From positions 96,001-160,000 of the forward strand of contig CAWIYV010000010.1 in assembly GCA_963840455.1 (NCBI GenBank): DNA of 64,000 bases. The letters run 5' to 3'. The notes beneath the pieces were generated by a model. The model was not told where the DNA came from, ran no database searches, and worked only from the letters and a program-made list of their open reading frames with translations. Made by a program: the position numbers and the translations under genes. Shown here one piece after another: positions 10,244 to 20,767 of the stretch. Positions within the stretch are counted from its first letter, which is position 1. The number at the start of each line of letters is the position of its first letter. Source of the stretch: Nitrospirota bacterium (GTDB taxonomy: Bacteria; Nitrospirota; UBA9217).

Positions 10244-11017
10244 TCACAAGGTATTGAGGTAGGCGATAAGGTCTTCCGCCTCATCGTGGGACAGGTAAGC
10301 AAAGGAAGGCATCCGCCCGAGGGGCTGCTTGAGCTGGAACCTGATGCTCTCTGCCGTTGCCGGGTTACCGCTCACCGGGAGCTTCGGGTTCTTGAGCAGG
10401 CCCTGCAGTCCCGGACCCACGACCGTGCGCGTGCTCTTCGGATCATGGCAGGCTGCGCAGCGGGACACGAACAGCACCCGTCCGCGTTCGATGCTCCTGC
10501 GGTCGGTCCTGACCGCTCCGCTTTCAAGGCCGCCGATCTCCTTCACCGCGAGGAAGGGGCCGCTGAGCGCGTAGGAGGCGCTCCGGTCCATGGTCCGGTC
10601 CTGTCCGAGGCGGCTTACGGCAAGGTAGTAACCGGCCGATATCCCGACGAGCACGAAGCTCAGGATGCCGATAATCGTGCCGATGGCCTTCGCCTGCTCG
10701 TAGAACCGCCGGAACCGGCGCAGGAACTGCACCTTCACCATGAGCAGCGCCGCAATGGCAAGGGCCAGCAGGATATGGAGCGACGCCCGAGGGGAAGGCT
10801 CGGTCCTGGCGGCCATCGCGAATGCAGCGCAAAGGTAGGAAACGGCCAGGAAGAGGACGACAAAGACATACCCGGCAACGCGGTGGCGCCGCTTGTGCGC
10901 TGCCGCCCGATCAGCATCCGGGGTTTGGCCGAAGACGGCGTACATGGCATACATGCCGTAGACCGCCGACAGCAGCATCAGAAGGGATAAGGCAGATTTA
11001 AGGAAGAAGATCGTCAC
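10244..11017 (-). CDS. Membrane-anchored monoheme cytochrome c
   Basis: Four TM helices followed by CAACH, GPGL and MP motifs. Confidence 0.82.
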   Translation of the reverse strand: MTIFFLKSALSLLMLLSAVYGMYAMYAVFGQTPDADRAAAHKRRHRVAGYVFVVLFLAVSYLCAAFAMAARTEPSPRASLHILLALAIAALLMVKVQFLRRFRRFYEQAKAIGTIIGILSFVLVGISAGYYLAVSRLGQDRTMDRSASYALSGPFLAVKEIGGLESGAVRTDRRSIERGRVLFVSRCAACHDPKSTRTVVGPGLQGLLKNPKLPVSGNPATAESIRFQLKQPLGRMPSFAYLSHDEAEDLIAYLNTL

Positions 11018-11553
11018 GATACCGGCTCCGGGGCTCAGGAGGACTCTTGAAAGACTCTATCAGATAGCGAAGGCCCTGTCAAACAGCGACGAGAAGCAGA
11101 TCACGGTGATGCTCTGTGATGTTCTATTTCACCGTTAAACAACTGCACAATTTTCTTGCGTGCGCGTCGCGGGGTTGATGGCGGATATTCGTTTTCCATC
11201 CGCCCGAGAGTGATCATCGGCTCTCCGTGTTGCAACCTTCGTATTAAAGGTCGCGGCGCGACGCCGACAGGTGTCATTGACGCCCGCTCCATTCGGTGCT
11301 ATCCTTTAATCGAGGAGTGTAATTGTCCCGTATATATTCAAGGGAAGCAGACGGCCGGAAAGACGGATAACGCAAAAGAAAGCGCCTGTATTCAAAAAAA
11401 TCGGCACCATGAGGTAAGACCGGATGATGATAGAGAAAGCGGTACTTTTGCCCGTTGGGTGAACTCCTCATTCTAGAACCTGTCGTTATCCGACTTCTAT
11501 CCGATCTCATCAGTGTCAAACGCAGTTTTTAGGTAGAAAGGTGGTGGATTCAT

Positions 11554-12333
11554 ATGTCAGGAGCAACGATCTGGAAAGGATATATCCACTTCGGGGAAAC
11601 GGACGTGCCCGTGAAGCTGCATTCCGCGGTCAGGGAAGAACGGATCCAGTTTCACCTCCTTCATACGCAGGATCACGCGAGACTGCGGCAGCAGATGATC
11701 TGTTCGCTTGAAAAACAACCGGTGCCGGTGGAAGAGCAGTCCAAAGGGTTTGAAGTGGAGAAAGGAAAATATATCATCGTTGATCCGGAAGAGCTCGAAC
11801 AGATCGTTCCTGAAGCCAACCGCATGATCGAGGTCCACGAGTTCGTCAAGGCCGCGCAGATTGATCCCCTCTTCGTTAATCGCGTGTACTACCTGGAGCC
11901 GGACACAACGGGTATCCAGGGAAAAGGGTATGCGACACTTGTCAGGGCCATGCAGGAGCTGGACGTTGCGGGCATCTGCACCTGGACCATGAGAAAGCGT
12001 TCCTATTTCGGGGCCGTGCAAGCGAGCGGAAAGGTCCTGCGCCTGAATACGCTCCGGTATGCCGACGAAGTGGTCTCCGCGGCATCCCTTGGTCTGCAGG
12101 AAGTTCCCTTGTCCGAAAGAGAACTGGCGATCGGGAGCGAATTGGTCGATAAGTTGTCCGCTCCTTTCGATCCGCGGAAGTTCGAGGACGAACACAGGAA
12201 AAAGCTGCAGGAGATGATCGAGAAAAAAGCCCGCGGAGAGAACATCGCGGTACTGTCCCCCAGGCGCCTGAAACCCACGGAACCGGACCAGCTGCTCCAG
12301 GTCCTTGAAGCAAGTTTGAAGAAGGCCGCCTAA
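11554..12333 (+). CDS. ku: NHEJ Ku protein, copy 1
   Basis: IWKGxIxFG..VPVKL, YYLEPD and LRYADEV motifs. Confidence 0.9.
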   Translation: MSGATIWKGYIHFGETDVPVKLHSAVREERIQFHLLHTQDHARLRQQMICSLEKQPVPVEEQSKGFEVEKGKYIIVDPEELEQIVPEANRMIEVHEFVKAAQIDPLFVNRVYYLEPDTTGIQGKGYATLVRAMQELDVAGICTWTMRKRSYFGAVQASGKVLRLNTLRYADEVVSAASLGLQEVPLSERELAIGSELVDKLSAPFDPRKFEDEHRKKLQEMIEKKARGENIAVLSPRRLKPTEPDQLLQVLEASLKKAA

Positions 12334-12469
12334 GGGGAATGTTATTTTTTTGATAGGATACCAGGGTTGGCAGGATGAACAGGAGGAAGCGAAGAATCAG
12401 CTTTTATCTGAGAGTGCTGGCATCCCGCCCAGTATCGTTAGTTTCGATTTTGCAGGCAAGGAGAACGAA

Positions 12470-13255
12470 ATGGCTGTTCAGGGAATATGGAGCGGAACGA
12501 TCAGTTTCAGCCTGGTGGCGATCCCGGTTCGGCTGGTTACGGCCGTCGAGACCGGCCATGTGTCCTTTCACCTGCTCCACAGCAGGGATTACTCCCGCCT
12601 CTCGCGAAGAATGTTCTGTCCGGAAGAGAATGTGATGGTATCCCCTGATGAGATCATCAGGGGATACGAGATCGTGCCCGACAAGTACATTCTGATGACG
12701 GACGAGGAACTGGAGTCCGTGACCCCGGAGCGGAGCCGCACGATCGAGATCATCGAGTTCATCGACCTGAAGGAAGTGGACCCGATCTATTATGATCACC
12801 CCTACTATCTCGTTCCTTCGAAGGGCGGCGAAAAAGCGTATCAACTGCTGGTCGAGATCATGCGCCGGACGAACAAGGCCGGGCTCGCAAAATTCGTGCT
12901 GGCTGAACGGGAGTATCTGGTGGCGGTCTTCAGCAGGGATGGAGCGCTGGCCCTGACCACCCTTCATTACAGCGACGAAGTGCTTCCCGGTGAAGATCTT
13001 TCACCGAAGAACGGGACTGTCGAGGCTGAAGAGGAGGCTCGGATGAAAAACAGCATTGAGCGTATGATCGAAGAATTTGACCCGGGGAAATATGCGGATG
13101 GGCGAAGGAAAAGGATCATGGCCCTCCTGGAGGCAAAGGCGAAGGAAAAAGGCACGGTGCAGGCCCCAGCCGTGGATGAAGGAGAGGGAGAGGGTCCGGC
13201 TGACCTGGTCGCTGCGCTGGAGGAGAGCATGCGGAAAGTGAAGGCGAGCTCATGA
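12470..13255 (+). CDS. ku: NHEJ Ku protein, copy 2
   Basis: IWSGTISFSLVAIPVRL, IYYDHPYYL and DLVAALEES motifs. Confidence 0.9.
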   Translation: MAVQGIWSGTISFSLVAIPVRLVTAVETGHVSFHLLHSRDYSRLSRRMFCPEENVMVSPDEIIRGYEIVPDKYILMTDEELESVTPERSRTIEIIEFIDLKEVDPIYYDHPYYLVPSKGGEKAYQLLVEIMRRTNKAGLAKFVLAEREYLVAVFSRDGALALTTLHYSDEVLPGEDLSPKNGTVEAEEEARMKNSIERMIEEFDPGKYADGRRKRIMALLEAKAKEKGTVQAPAVDEGEGEGPADLVAALEESMRKVKASS

Positions 13256-14157
13256 GCCGGACATTCGTCGATATGGCAGGGAGGAGACTCCCCTTATCGA
13301 ACCTGGAAAAGGAGCTCTATCCCTCCTATGGTTTTACGAAGGCCCAGGTCCTGGAATACTACCGCGCTATCGCGCCTTTCATGCTGCCCCATTTGTCGGA
13401 CCGGGCAGTGACCTTGAAACGCTATCCAGCAGGCGTGGAAAAGGATTTCTTTTTCGAGAAGCGCTGCCCTTCGCACCATCCGGAGTGGGTGAGAACAGCG
13501 GAGGTCGCCCAGCATGACGGAGAGCCGATAGCCTTCTGTCTGGTCAATGATCTGGCAACACTGATATGGGTGGAGAACCTTGCGTCTCTTGAGCTCCATG
13601 TGCCTCTGGCCAGGGCCGGCTCGCCGCAGACGCCCGACTCCATGGTCTTCGACCTCGATCCCGGCGAAGAAGCGAACATCCTCCACTGTTCCCGGGTGGC
13701 GCTGATCCTTCGGGACCTGCTCTCCCGAATGGGGCTTGAAACGTATATAAAAACCTCGGGCAACAAGGGGCTTCATGTATTTGTCCCGTTGAACCGGAAA
13801 GGGACAACCTTTGAAGATACCAAGACGTTCTCGAAGGCCGTCGCAGGGATCATGCAAAAACATTATCCTGACCTGGTGACCGCGAACATGGCGAAGCAAG
13901 AGCGGAGAGCGAAGGTCTTTATCAACTGGTCCCAGAACGATGCTTCGAAGACGATGATCTGCGTCTATTCCCTTCGTGCCCGGGAAAAGCCATTTGTTTC
14001 GTTCCCGCTCGAATGGAGGGAGCTGGAGGAGCTGGTCGGGCTTGACGACCCGGCGAGGCTTCAGGTCATGCATGCGGAGGCCAGGATCTGGGTCGAAAGA
14101 AAGGGCGACCTTTTTCGAGAAGTGCTCGTAAAAGAGCAGAAGCTGCCGCATCTGTAA
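13252..14157 (+). CDS. ligD: LigD primase-polymerase (POL) domain, standalone
   Basis: LSNLEK, RYPxG..FFEK, FDLDP and KTSGNKGLH motifs. Confidence 0.92.
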   Translation: MSRTFVDMAGRRLPLSNLEKELYPSYGFTKAQVLEYYRAIAPFMLPHLSDRAVTLKRYPAGVEKDFFFEKRCPSHHPEWVRTAEVAQHDGEPIAFCLVNDLATLIWVENLASLELHVPLARAGSPQTPDSMVFDLDPGEEANILHCSRVALILRDLLSRMGLETYIKTSGNKGLHVFVPLNRKGTTFEDTKTFSKAVAGIMQKHYPDLVTANMAKQERRAKVFINWSQNDASKTMICVYSLRAREKPFVSFPLEWRELEELVGLDDPARLQVMHAEARIWVERKGDLFREVLVKEQKLPHL

Positions 14158-14406
14158 AGTTAGCCGAGGGCACACAGAGGTCACAGAGAAAGGCCATACT
14201 ATTTAGGCGGTTGGTGAATAAGTCATGGATGACCAATCCATTCGTCATGCCCGCAAAAACGGGCATCCAGCAAAGCTTGAAAGCCCTGGATTCCCGCCTG
14301 CGCGGGAATGATAGTAAAGGATCGAGAGAGTAGTTATTCACCAGCTTCCATGGTTTCTCTTTCCTCTGTGTTCTCGGTGACCTCTGCGGCGAAGGGTATT
14401 TTCAAC

Positions 14407-16011
14407 ATGGGACTGACTGAATACACATCGAAACGGGAATTCGGGAAAACGCCCGAACCCAAACCGGGCTCTCCCCCCGAGAAGGGCCGTCTTCTGTTCG
14501 TTGTTCACAAGCACGCGGCACGGGCGCTTCATTATGATCTCAGGCTGGAGCTGGATGGGGTGCTGAAGAGCTGGGCAGTGCCGAAGGGCCCCTCTCTGGA
14601 GCCGTCCGCAAAGAGGCTTGCCGTCATGGTTGAAGACCACCCGTTCGATTACAAGGACTTCGAGGGCGTCATCCCGGAAGGCAATTACGGCGCAGGAAGC
14701 GTCATCATCTGGGACCGGGGATTTTATCATCACCCCTCCACGCGAGATGAAGACGAGAGCGAGAAGCTTCTTCGGGACGGTTTAGAAAAAGGCGATATGA
14801 AGTTCGTCCTTCATGGGGAAAAACTTCACGGCGAATTCGCTCTGGTGAGAACCGGAAAGGGCGGGAAGTCATGGCTGCTTCTGAAGAAAAACGATCGCAG
14901 TGCTGCCAAAGGGGACATCCTCAAGGAGAACCGTTCCGTAGAGTCCCATAAGACCTTGGAGGAGATGCTCGAAGCCGGCGGGTCGAGATCCTTCCAGCAA
15001 AGGAAATTGAACCAAATCCGTGTTCACGAGGCAATGGAAAGCGAAGACCTGAAGGACGCGCCAATCAAACCGATGCCGCACGACATAGAGCCGATGCTCG
15101 CGACCGTGACCGGCGAACCGTTCGATCATCAGGATTGGATCTTTGAAGTGAAATGGGACGGGTACCGGGCAATTGCCGAGATCCGGGAGGACGGCGTTTC
15201 GCTTTATTCCCGGAATGGGATCTCGTTCCTTAGGAAGTTTTCACCAATTGCGGAGTCACTTCGGAAACTCAGATTTGACGCTGTGCTTGACGGCGAGATC
15301 GTGGTCGTGGATGACCAGGGACGCTCTGATTTTCAGGCCCTCCAGCACTACCAGGACACAAGGAGCGGCCGTTTGCTCTACTATATTTTCGATCTGCTCT
15401 ACTTCCAGGGACACGATCTGACGGGCCTGCCGCTGCAGAGAAGGAAGGAGCTGCTGAAAAAGGTCCTCCCCTCCTCTCCGAACATACGATTGAGCGATCA
15501 CGTAGGGAAAGAGGGCGTCCTGTTCTTCAGCGTCGTCAAAGACAAGGGACTGGAAGGGATCGTCGCCAAGCATGCTCAAAGTGCCTACGAAACAGGCAGA
15601 AGGAGCCGGCAGTGGCTGAAGGTTAAGACGCGGCTCACGCAGGAGGGCGTGATCGCAGGCTTTACAGAGCCGGGGGGCAGCAGAAAATATTTCGGCGCCC
15701 TTGTCCTGGGCCACTACGATGGGGACTCGCTGGTCTCCATCGGACAGGTGGGAAGCGGATTTACCGAGAAAGATCTGAAGGATATCCGCGAAAAGCTGGG
15801 GGCCCTGGTCCAGAAGAAGTGCCCCTTTCCGGCGGCGCCGGAGACCAGTGCTCCGGTCACCTGGGTAAGGCCTGAGTTGGTCTGCGAGGTTGCATTATCC
15901 GGCTGGACCGGGGATGCCGTCATGAGGCACCCGGTTTTCCTGCGGCTGCGCGAGGATAAGGCGGCCCGCGATGTGGTGCGCGAGAAGCCCGAAGGAGATG
16001 ATGATACCTGA
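14407..16011 (+). CDS. ligD: LigD 3'-phosphoesterase plus ATP-dependent ligase
   Basis: KHAARALHYDLRLE (PE domain); EVKWDGYR, DGEIV and EGIVAK (ligase). Confidence 0.93.
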   Translation: MGLTEYTSKREFGKTPEPKPGSPPEKGRLLFVVHKHAARALHYDLRLELDGVLKSWAVPKGPSLEPSAKRLAVMVEDHPFDYKDFEGVIPEGNYGAGSVIIWDRGFYHHPSTRDEDESEKLLRDGLEKGDMKFVLHGEKLHGEFALVRTGKGGKSWLLLKKNDRSAAKGDILKENRSVESHKTLEEMLEAGGSRSFQQRKLNQIRVHEAMESEDLKDAPIKPMPHDIEPMLATVTGEPFDHQDWIFEVKWDGYRAIAEIREDGVSLYSRNGISFLRKFSPIAESLRKLRFDAVLDGEIVVVDDQGRSDFQALQHYQDTRSGRLLYYIFDLLYFQGHDLTGLPLQRRKELLKKVLPSSPNIRLSDHVGKEGVLFFSVVKDKGLEGIVAKHAQSAYETGRRSRQWLKVKTRLTQEGVIAGFTEPGGSRKYFGALVLGHYDGDSLVSIGQVGSGFTEKDLKDIREKLGALVQKKCPFPAAPETSAPVTWVRPELVCEVALSGWTGDAVMRHPVFLRLREDKAARDVVREKPEGDDDT

Positions 16012-16197
16012 TCTGGTCAGGCAGGAACCGAAAATCTTAGACAGGATTATGGCCGCAGGCAACAGGCAGGATGATAAATCGGATTTCAATCTTAAATCCC
16101 GGAATCCTCTTATCCTGTTAAAAGGATTTGAGGTTGAATCTGCCCTTGTTGGTGGTTACCGGGGTGATCGGGAAATCAAAGAAAGGGGGGCCATACC

Positions 16198-16938
16198 ATG
16201 ATGAGTATCTATGCCGGCACAAGCGGATTTGCACACAAGGAATGGAAGGGAAATTTCTATCCGGAGAAGATCTCGCCCAAAGAAATGCTCCGGTTCTACG
16301 CCGGACGTCTCAACACGGTGGAGATCAACAACACCTTTTATCACATGCCCAATGCAGGCGTGCTCACGTCCTGGGCGGAGCAGGTCCCGCCTGATTTTGT
16401 TTTCGCGCTCAAAGCCCCGCAGGTCATAACGCACATGAAACAGTTGAGACAGGTGAGCTCTGAGAGCAGGTATCTCTTCAACTCGCTGTCGGTCCTGGAG
16501 CGGAAACTGGGGCCGGTCCTCTTTCAGTTTCCGGCGAGTTTTCGGGAGAACCGGTCAGTACTCGAGGATTTTCTCGCCCTGGTCCCCCGCGGTACGGCCT
16601 GCGCATTCGATTTCCGCAGCCCTTCCTGGCTCACTGCCGAAACGCTGAGCCTTCTTCGTGAAAAAGGGTGCAGCTGGTGTCTCGAGGATACTGACGAGAA
16701 ACCGGTGCTGGAGATCATCAGCACGGCGGCCTGGGGGTACCTGCGCCTCCGCCGGTCCGATTATACGGACGCTGACTTGTCGGAATGGGCGGAACGGATC
16801 CTTGCCCAGCAATGGGAGCGGGCCTTTGTTTACTTTAAACACGAGGTCAAAGGAGCAGAACTGGCGATGCGTTTCCAAGCGCTTGTCGACTCAAGGCTTG
16901 GCGGGAAAGAACTCAAGACAGCCGGGATGCGTACCTGA
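16198..16938 (+). CDS. DUF72 (YecE-like) protein
   Basis: GTSGF..W.G.FYP, VEINNTFY and LFQFP motifs. Confidence 0.9.
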   Translation: MMSIYAGTSGFAHKEWKGNFYPEKISPKEMLRFYAGRLNTVEINNTFYHMPNAGVLTSWAEQVPPDFVFALKAPQVITHMKQLRQVSSESRYLFNSLSVLERKLGPVLFQFPASFRENRSVLEDFLALVPRGTACAFDFRSPSWLTAETLSLLREKGCSWCLEDTDEKPVLEIISTAAWGYLRLRRSDYTDADLSEWAERILAQQWERAFVYFKHEVKGAELAMRFQALVDSRLGGKELKTAGMRT

Positions 16939-18861
16939 GATACAAGACGTTCGTACTTCTCCACCGAACAGCTCCACGATCCTCTGTACCAGTGCGGGCA
17001 GCGACGGGTCCCGTGCACCCATGAGAAGAACACAGTCTCCTGATCTTGCATCGGCTCGCAATCTTGTCATGAGCTCTTCGCGATCCTTGATTGCTTGTGC
17101 ATGGAATGCCACGTTACCGAGGCCGGCGATGATATTATCCGAGGATATATCCTTTTGCGCCGTGCCTCCGGCATAATAGATCGGCAGGAGATAGAGCGAG
17201 TCGTTCTGCCGGAAACACGTTCGAAAGGTTTCGATGTATTCGTCCTTCAAAAAACGTGTCGGACCGAAGCCGTGCGGCTGGTACACGGAGATGATGCGCT
17301 CCGATAGGCCCCGGCTGGCCTGGACAACAGCCGCGATCTTTGCCGGATTGTGCGCAAAGTCATCCACCACATGAACGCCCAGCTTTGTCCTGGCAACGGA
17401 AAAGCGCCGGGCAACGCCCTCGTAGTTCCTGACCGCGCCGGCAAGGACCGTTTTGTCGCATCCGAGCTCCTCGCACACACAGAGCGCTGCAGCCAGGTTC
17501 TCGAGGTTATGCTCGCCCGGAAGCGGCAGATGATACTCCGAGCCATTGCGATAGAGCTTCACCGAGGTCGCCAGAAGTTCTTCCCGGTCCGGCCGCCACG
17601 AGGCCGAACTATTCCTGCCGAAGCGGATGTCCGCGGGGAGGGAAAAAAGGAATGGATCATCGGCATTCGAGATTGTCCGACCGGACTGCGAAGCGAGCAC
17701 TGCGAACATTGCCGTTATTTCGTCCACGCTCTTGTGGTCCTTCGAGACGTTCAGGATGACCGACACCTCGGGCCAGTACTTCACGAGCGTGCCGTCGCTC
17801 TCGTCGGCCTCAACCACGAGGAGGTCCGAACCGCCGCTCCAGGCATTGCCGATCATCCCCTGCCTCTCGAGCCTCCGCAGGCCCGCGCCGCTGATGAGCG
17901 ACGGCGACTTTTCGCAGGCCGTCAGGAACTCGAAGATCATCGCGGTTACCGTGGACTTGCCGCTCGTTCCGGCGACGGCAATGGTCTTTTTCGTATCGAT
18001 GATCGCGGCGAGCAGGTCGGACCGGTGAACAATGGGAATGCGGCGGCTGGCTGCGGCAGCGATGTCGGAGTTCGTATCCTCGATGGCTGTCGAGACGCAG
18101 ACGATATCAATGTCAGCGGTCACGCCCGACCCGTCCTGGCGAGCGATAATACAGCCGAGCCCTTCGAGTGATCGCCGGATGGCGGCGGTATCCTCGCTTG
18201 TATGGAACCGGTCGGAGCCCGAGACCACTATCCCCTGGAAGCGCAGATACTGCGCCAGCGCGCTCATGCCGCTGCCAAAGATGCCGGTTAAATGGACGCT
18301 GCGGCATTGGTGTTCGCCGATAACGAGTGCCGGAGGATCGATGTAAACGAGCGTGCCTTCTTTCACCGTGTCGAACAGGCGGATCACGTCAAGATTGCGC
18401 ATGCAGACACAGCCGTGGGACAGGGGCGTGCCGACCAGGTCCTCCCGGCCGGTGCCATGGATATAGATGTAGCGCTCATAGGAATCCACGCCCGACCCCT
18501 TGTTGATCCCTTCCTCGAGGCCTTCAAGCCGCAGGATGCGGGTCAGGATGAGGTTGTCGCCGTTCTGCTTGTGGTCCCAGTCCTCTCCCGCGTCCTCGCG
18601 GTCCCGGAACACGCGGCCCGCAGGCGCGCCGGTGCCATACTTCTCGCAGAGCCGGTGAACGCCGAGCGGGGTCTTGAGCGAGTTCTCGCGGTTGCCGTTC
18701 CCGAAGCGGGACGTGGAGCAGTCGTACCGCTCCACGATGGTGTCGTTCGAGCAGATGAAGAGCACCTGCTCCTCGATGGACACGACGATATAGCGGTCCT
18801 GCGGGCTCGTAAGATGCTTCCTTATATAGGTATGAATGCGGCGCAGTCGGGATTGGTCCAT
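16891..18861 (-). CDS. L,D-transpeptidase (YkuD) fused to a MurC/Mpl-like UDP-MurNAc peptide ligase
   Basis: N-terminal IYIHGT...SHGC; C-terminal GIxGSGMSALA, GTSGKST, EADESDG and DDFAHNP, all in one ORF. Confidence 0.88.
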   Translation of the reverse strand: MDQSRLRRIHTYIRKHLTSPQDRYIVVSIEEQVLFICSNDTIVERYDCSTSRFGNGNRENSLKTPLGVHRLCEKYGTGAPAGRVFRDREDAGEDWDHKQNGDNLILTRILRLEGLEEGINKGSGVDSYERYIYIHGTGREDLVGTPLSHGCVCMRNLDVIRLFDTVKEGTLVYIDPPALVIGEHQCRSVHLTGIFGSGMSALAQYLRFQGIVVSGSDRFHTSEDTAAIRRSLEGLGCIIARQDGSGVTADIDIVCVSTAIEDTNSDIAAAASRRIPIVHRSDLLAAIIDTKKTIAVAGTSGKSTVTAMIFEFLTACEKSPSLISGAGLRRLERQGMIGNAWSGGSDLLVVEADESDGTLVKYWPEVSVILNVSKDHKSVDEITAMFAVLASQSGRTISNADDPFLFSLPADIRFGRNSSASWRPDREELLATSVKLYRNGSEYHLPLPGEHNLENLAAALCVCEELGCDKTVLAGAVRNYEGVARRFSVARTKLGVHVVDDFAHNPAKIAAVVQASRGLSERIISVYQPHGFGPTRFLKDEYIETFRTCFRQNDSLYLLPIYYAGGTAQKDISSDNIIAGLGNVAFHAQAIKDREELMTRLRADARSGDCVLLMGARDPSLPALVQRIVELFGGEVRTSCISGTHPGCLEFFPAKP

Positions 18862-19038
18862 GGCAATTGAAGGGACAGGTTCGAACCTGTCCCGAAAGGC
18901 AAGATACTGCATTTTAAGGAAAACGACAAGAGGGAATGTTCAGATAGGGGCCCGCGGGGCAGGATGGATTGGATCGTAGCGGGTGATCGGCAGGATGCTA
19001 CGCGATCGGTCGGAGCCCGGCGCAAAAGCCGGGCCGTG

Positions 19039-19257
19039 CTATTTCCGGCCTACCCCCTTCTCTTCCTCGCTCGAGAGTATCCGGGACTCTTTGGTCTTTG
19101 TGTTCACCTCGACGCAGTACTCCATCTCTTTCCCGTTCAGGTAGATCTTAGTGCGCACGTACCTGATCGTGTCGCACTGAGGGCAGAACTCCATTGGCCC
19201 GCAAAGCTTGAACTCCTGTTGTTCCATTTCACGGCCGCATTTCTCACAGGCATTCAT
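19039..19257 (-). CDS. Small zinc-ribbon protein
   Basis: CEKC...CPQC pairs; GAGG RBS. Confidence 0.6.
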   Translation of the reverse strand: MNACEKCGREMEQQEFKLCGPMEFCPQCDTIRYVRTKIYLNGKEMEYCVEVNTKTKESRILSSEEEKGVGRK

Positions 19258-19384
19258 TGTGGCCTCTGTCTATAGTGATGAAAAGGGTCTTAATAATTAA
19301 GCCTAGCCCTTGACTACCCTGGGGTCTCGTTAGAACAATTTCCCGAGGCCCAGGAACACGTCCATGTCAAGAGGAAGGCCGGGG

Positions 19385-19565
19385 AGGTTGGGTAGCCTGC
19401 CATGAGCTCATAGGTCTTCCTGCCGAACAGGAGCGTGCCCCCGGTCTTCGCATTCTCCGCGGCAAATGCACCGAGCTCCGCATCCTTGTGGACCCAGCTG
19501 ATGTCGCTGTTCATGTCCGCGAAGAAGCCATCCAGCGACAGGTTATTGAAAACAACCAGTTCCGC
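19385..19565 (-). pseudogene. Truncated DHFR/RibD-C family gene
   Basis: LVVFNNLSLDGFFAD...LLFGRKTYELMA, then the similarity ends; no clean start. Confidence 0.75.
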
Positions 19566-19629
19566 TCTCTGGTCTTTTCACGAATACGGTGATGAGGCAG
19601 CTCGGGAACTTGACTCCGCCAGGCTTCCC

Positions 19630-20541
19630 TTACTCGGCGATATACCGGGACAGTCCCGCAGGTCCTGTCAGCGGCAGCTCCAGAAGGATCTCGATCCTGC
19701 CGTCCTGCAGTTCCCGCTCGCGCACCACCGTATATCCCTTGACGAAGCCCTGGATCCGTTCAGAGTATTTCCCGCCGGCCATCATGGACCCGACGCTGCG
19801 CCCGCCGTCGATCTTGATCTGTTCGATCATTCGTAGCAGGTTTCTCTGCCCATCGGCAAGGGCCGCGCGCTGAGCCATCGCCCTAGCCGCACCGGCGTTC
19901 CCGACGTCCTTGGGCGGAGATCCGACACCGGTGGCGCGGATCTTCCCCGCAGCCCAGTCAACGCCGTCGGTGGCAACGATGGGAAGAAGAACAGCGTTCT
20001 GCCGTACCCGCTGATTCTCGGGGATCGTGACGGGTGCAACGTCCTGGGCATGTCCTGGCGCTGTCGCCCGCACTTCGTACTCGCCCGCGGGCAGGTCCCT
20101 GAACTCGTACCTGCCCTCCTGGTCAATGTGGCTGGCTGCTCGCTCCTTTCCCTCATGGATGAGCTTCACTTCGCTGTCGCGTAGCGGCGGGATGACCCTG
20201 CCTGCCAGGACCGCCTTGCCCGATCCCGGCACGATCAGAATGGACGGGATCACGGTCGTCTCTCCCGGCTTCACAACGACGTTCTCCAGGCGGATCGGGA
20301 AAGACGAGACAGGAGCTGACACCATGATCGTATAGGTCCCTGCCGCGAGCGGCAGCCTGAACTTCCCGTCCTGCCCTCCGGCGCGCGTCATAGCGATGAC
20401 CTTGCCTTCCTGGATCGCAGAGACCTGCGCCGTCGCGTCGCTCGGCACCAATGTCCCTTCGACCGCACCCTCTTGGGCGGCGCCGCCGGCAAAGGATGAA
20501 AGAACCACCAAGATGAGGATCAGCGTGATAGATATTCGCAT
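19630..20541 (-). CDS. Exported protein with carboxypeptidase-regulatory-like repeats and an LPP20-like C-terminus
   Basis: Signal peptide, LxAGxY beta motifs, and A.RAA..DG.RNLL. Confidence 0.75.
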   Translation of the reverse strand: MRISITLILILVVLSSFAGGAAQEGAVEGTLVPSDATAQVSAIQEGKVIAMTRAGGQDGKFRLPLAAGTYTIMVSAPVSSFPIRLENVVVKPGETTVIPSILIVPGSGKAVLAGRVIPPLRDSEVKLIHEGKERAASHIDQEGRYEFRDLPAGEYEVRATAPGHAQDVAPVTIPENQRVRQNAVLLPIVATDGVDWAAGKIRATGVGSPPKDVGNAGAARAMAQRAALADGQRNLLRMIEQIKIDGGRSVGSMMAGGKYSERIQGFVKGYTVVRERELQDGRIEILLELPLTGPAGLSRYIAE

Positions 20542-20767
20542 TGTTCCCTCCTTGAATAGTTCAAGTATAACACAGGCATTGCAGGGATACCGCGCACCCA
20601 TCTCTCCCCGCGGCACATCGTGGCTGGCCCTAATCCTTCCGTCGGTATGCAGAATGTGCTTTGAGCTATGAGCAGCAAGGTGTGGAAAGGAATTTCAAGC
20701 CGGGGACGTGACGCTATTGAATTTTTCTCCAGAAGATGCGTGAGATATCAGGCCTGTGGCCGAGCGC

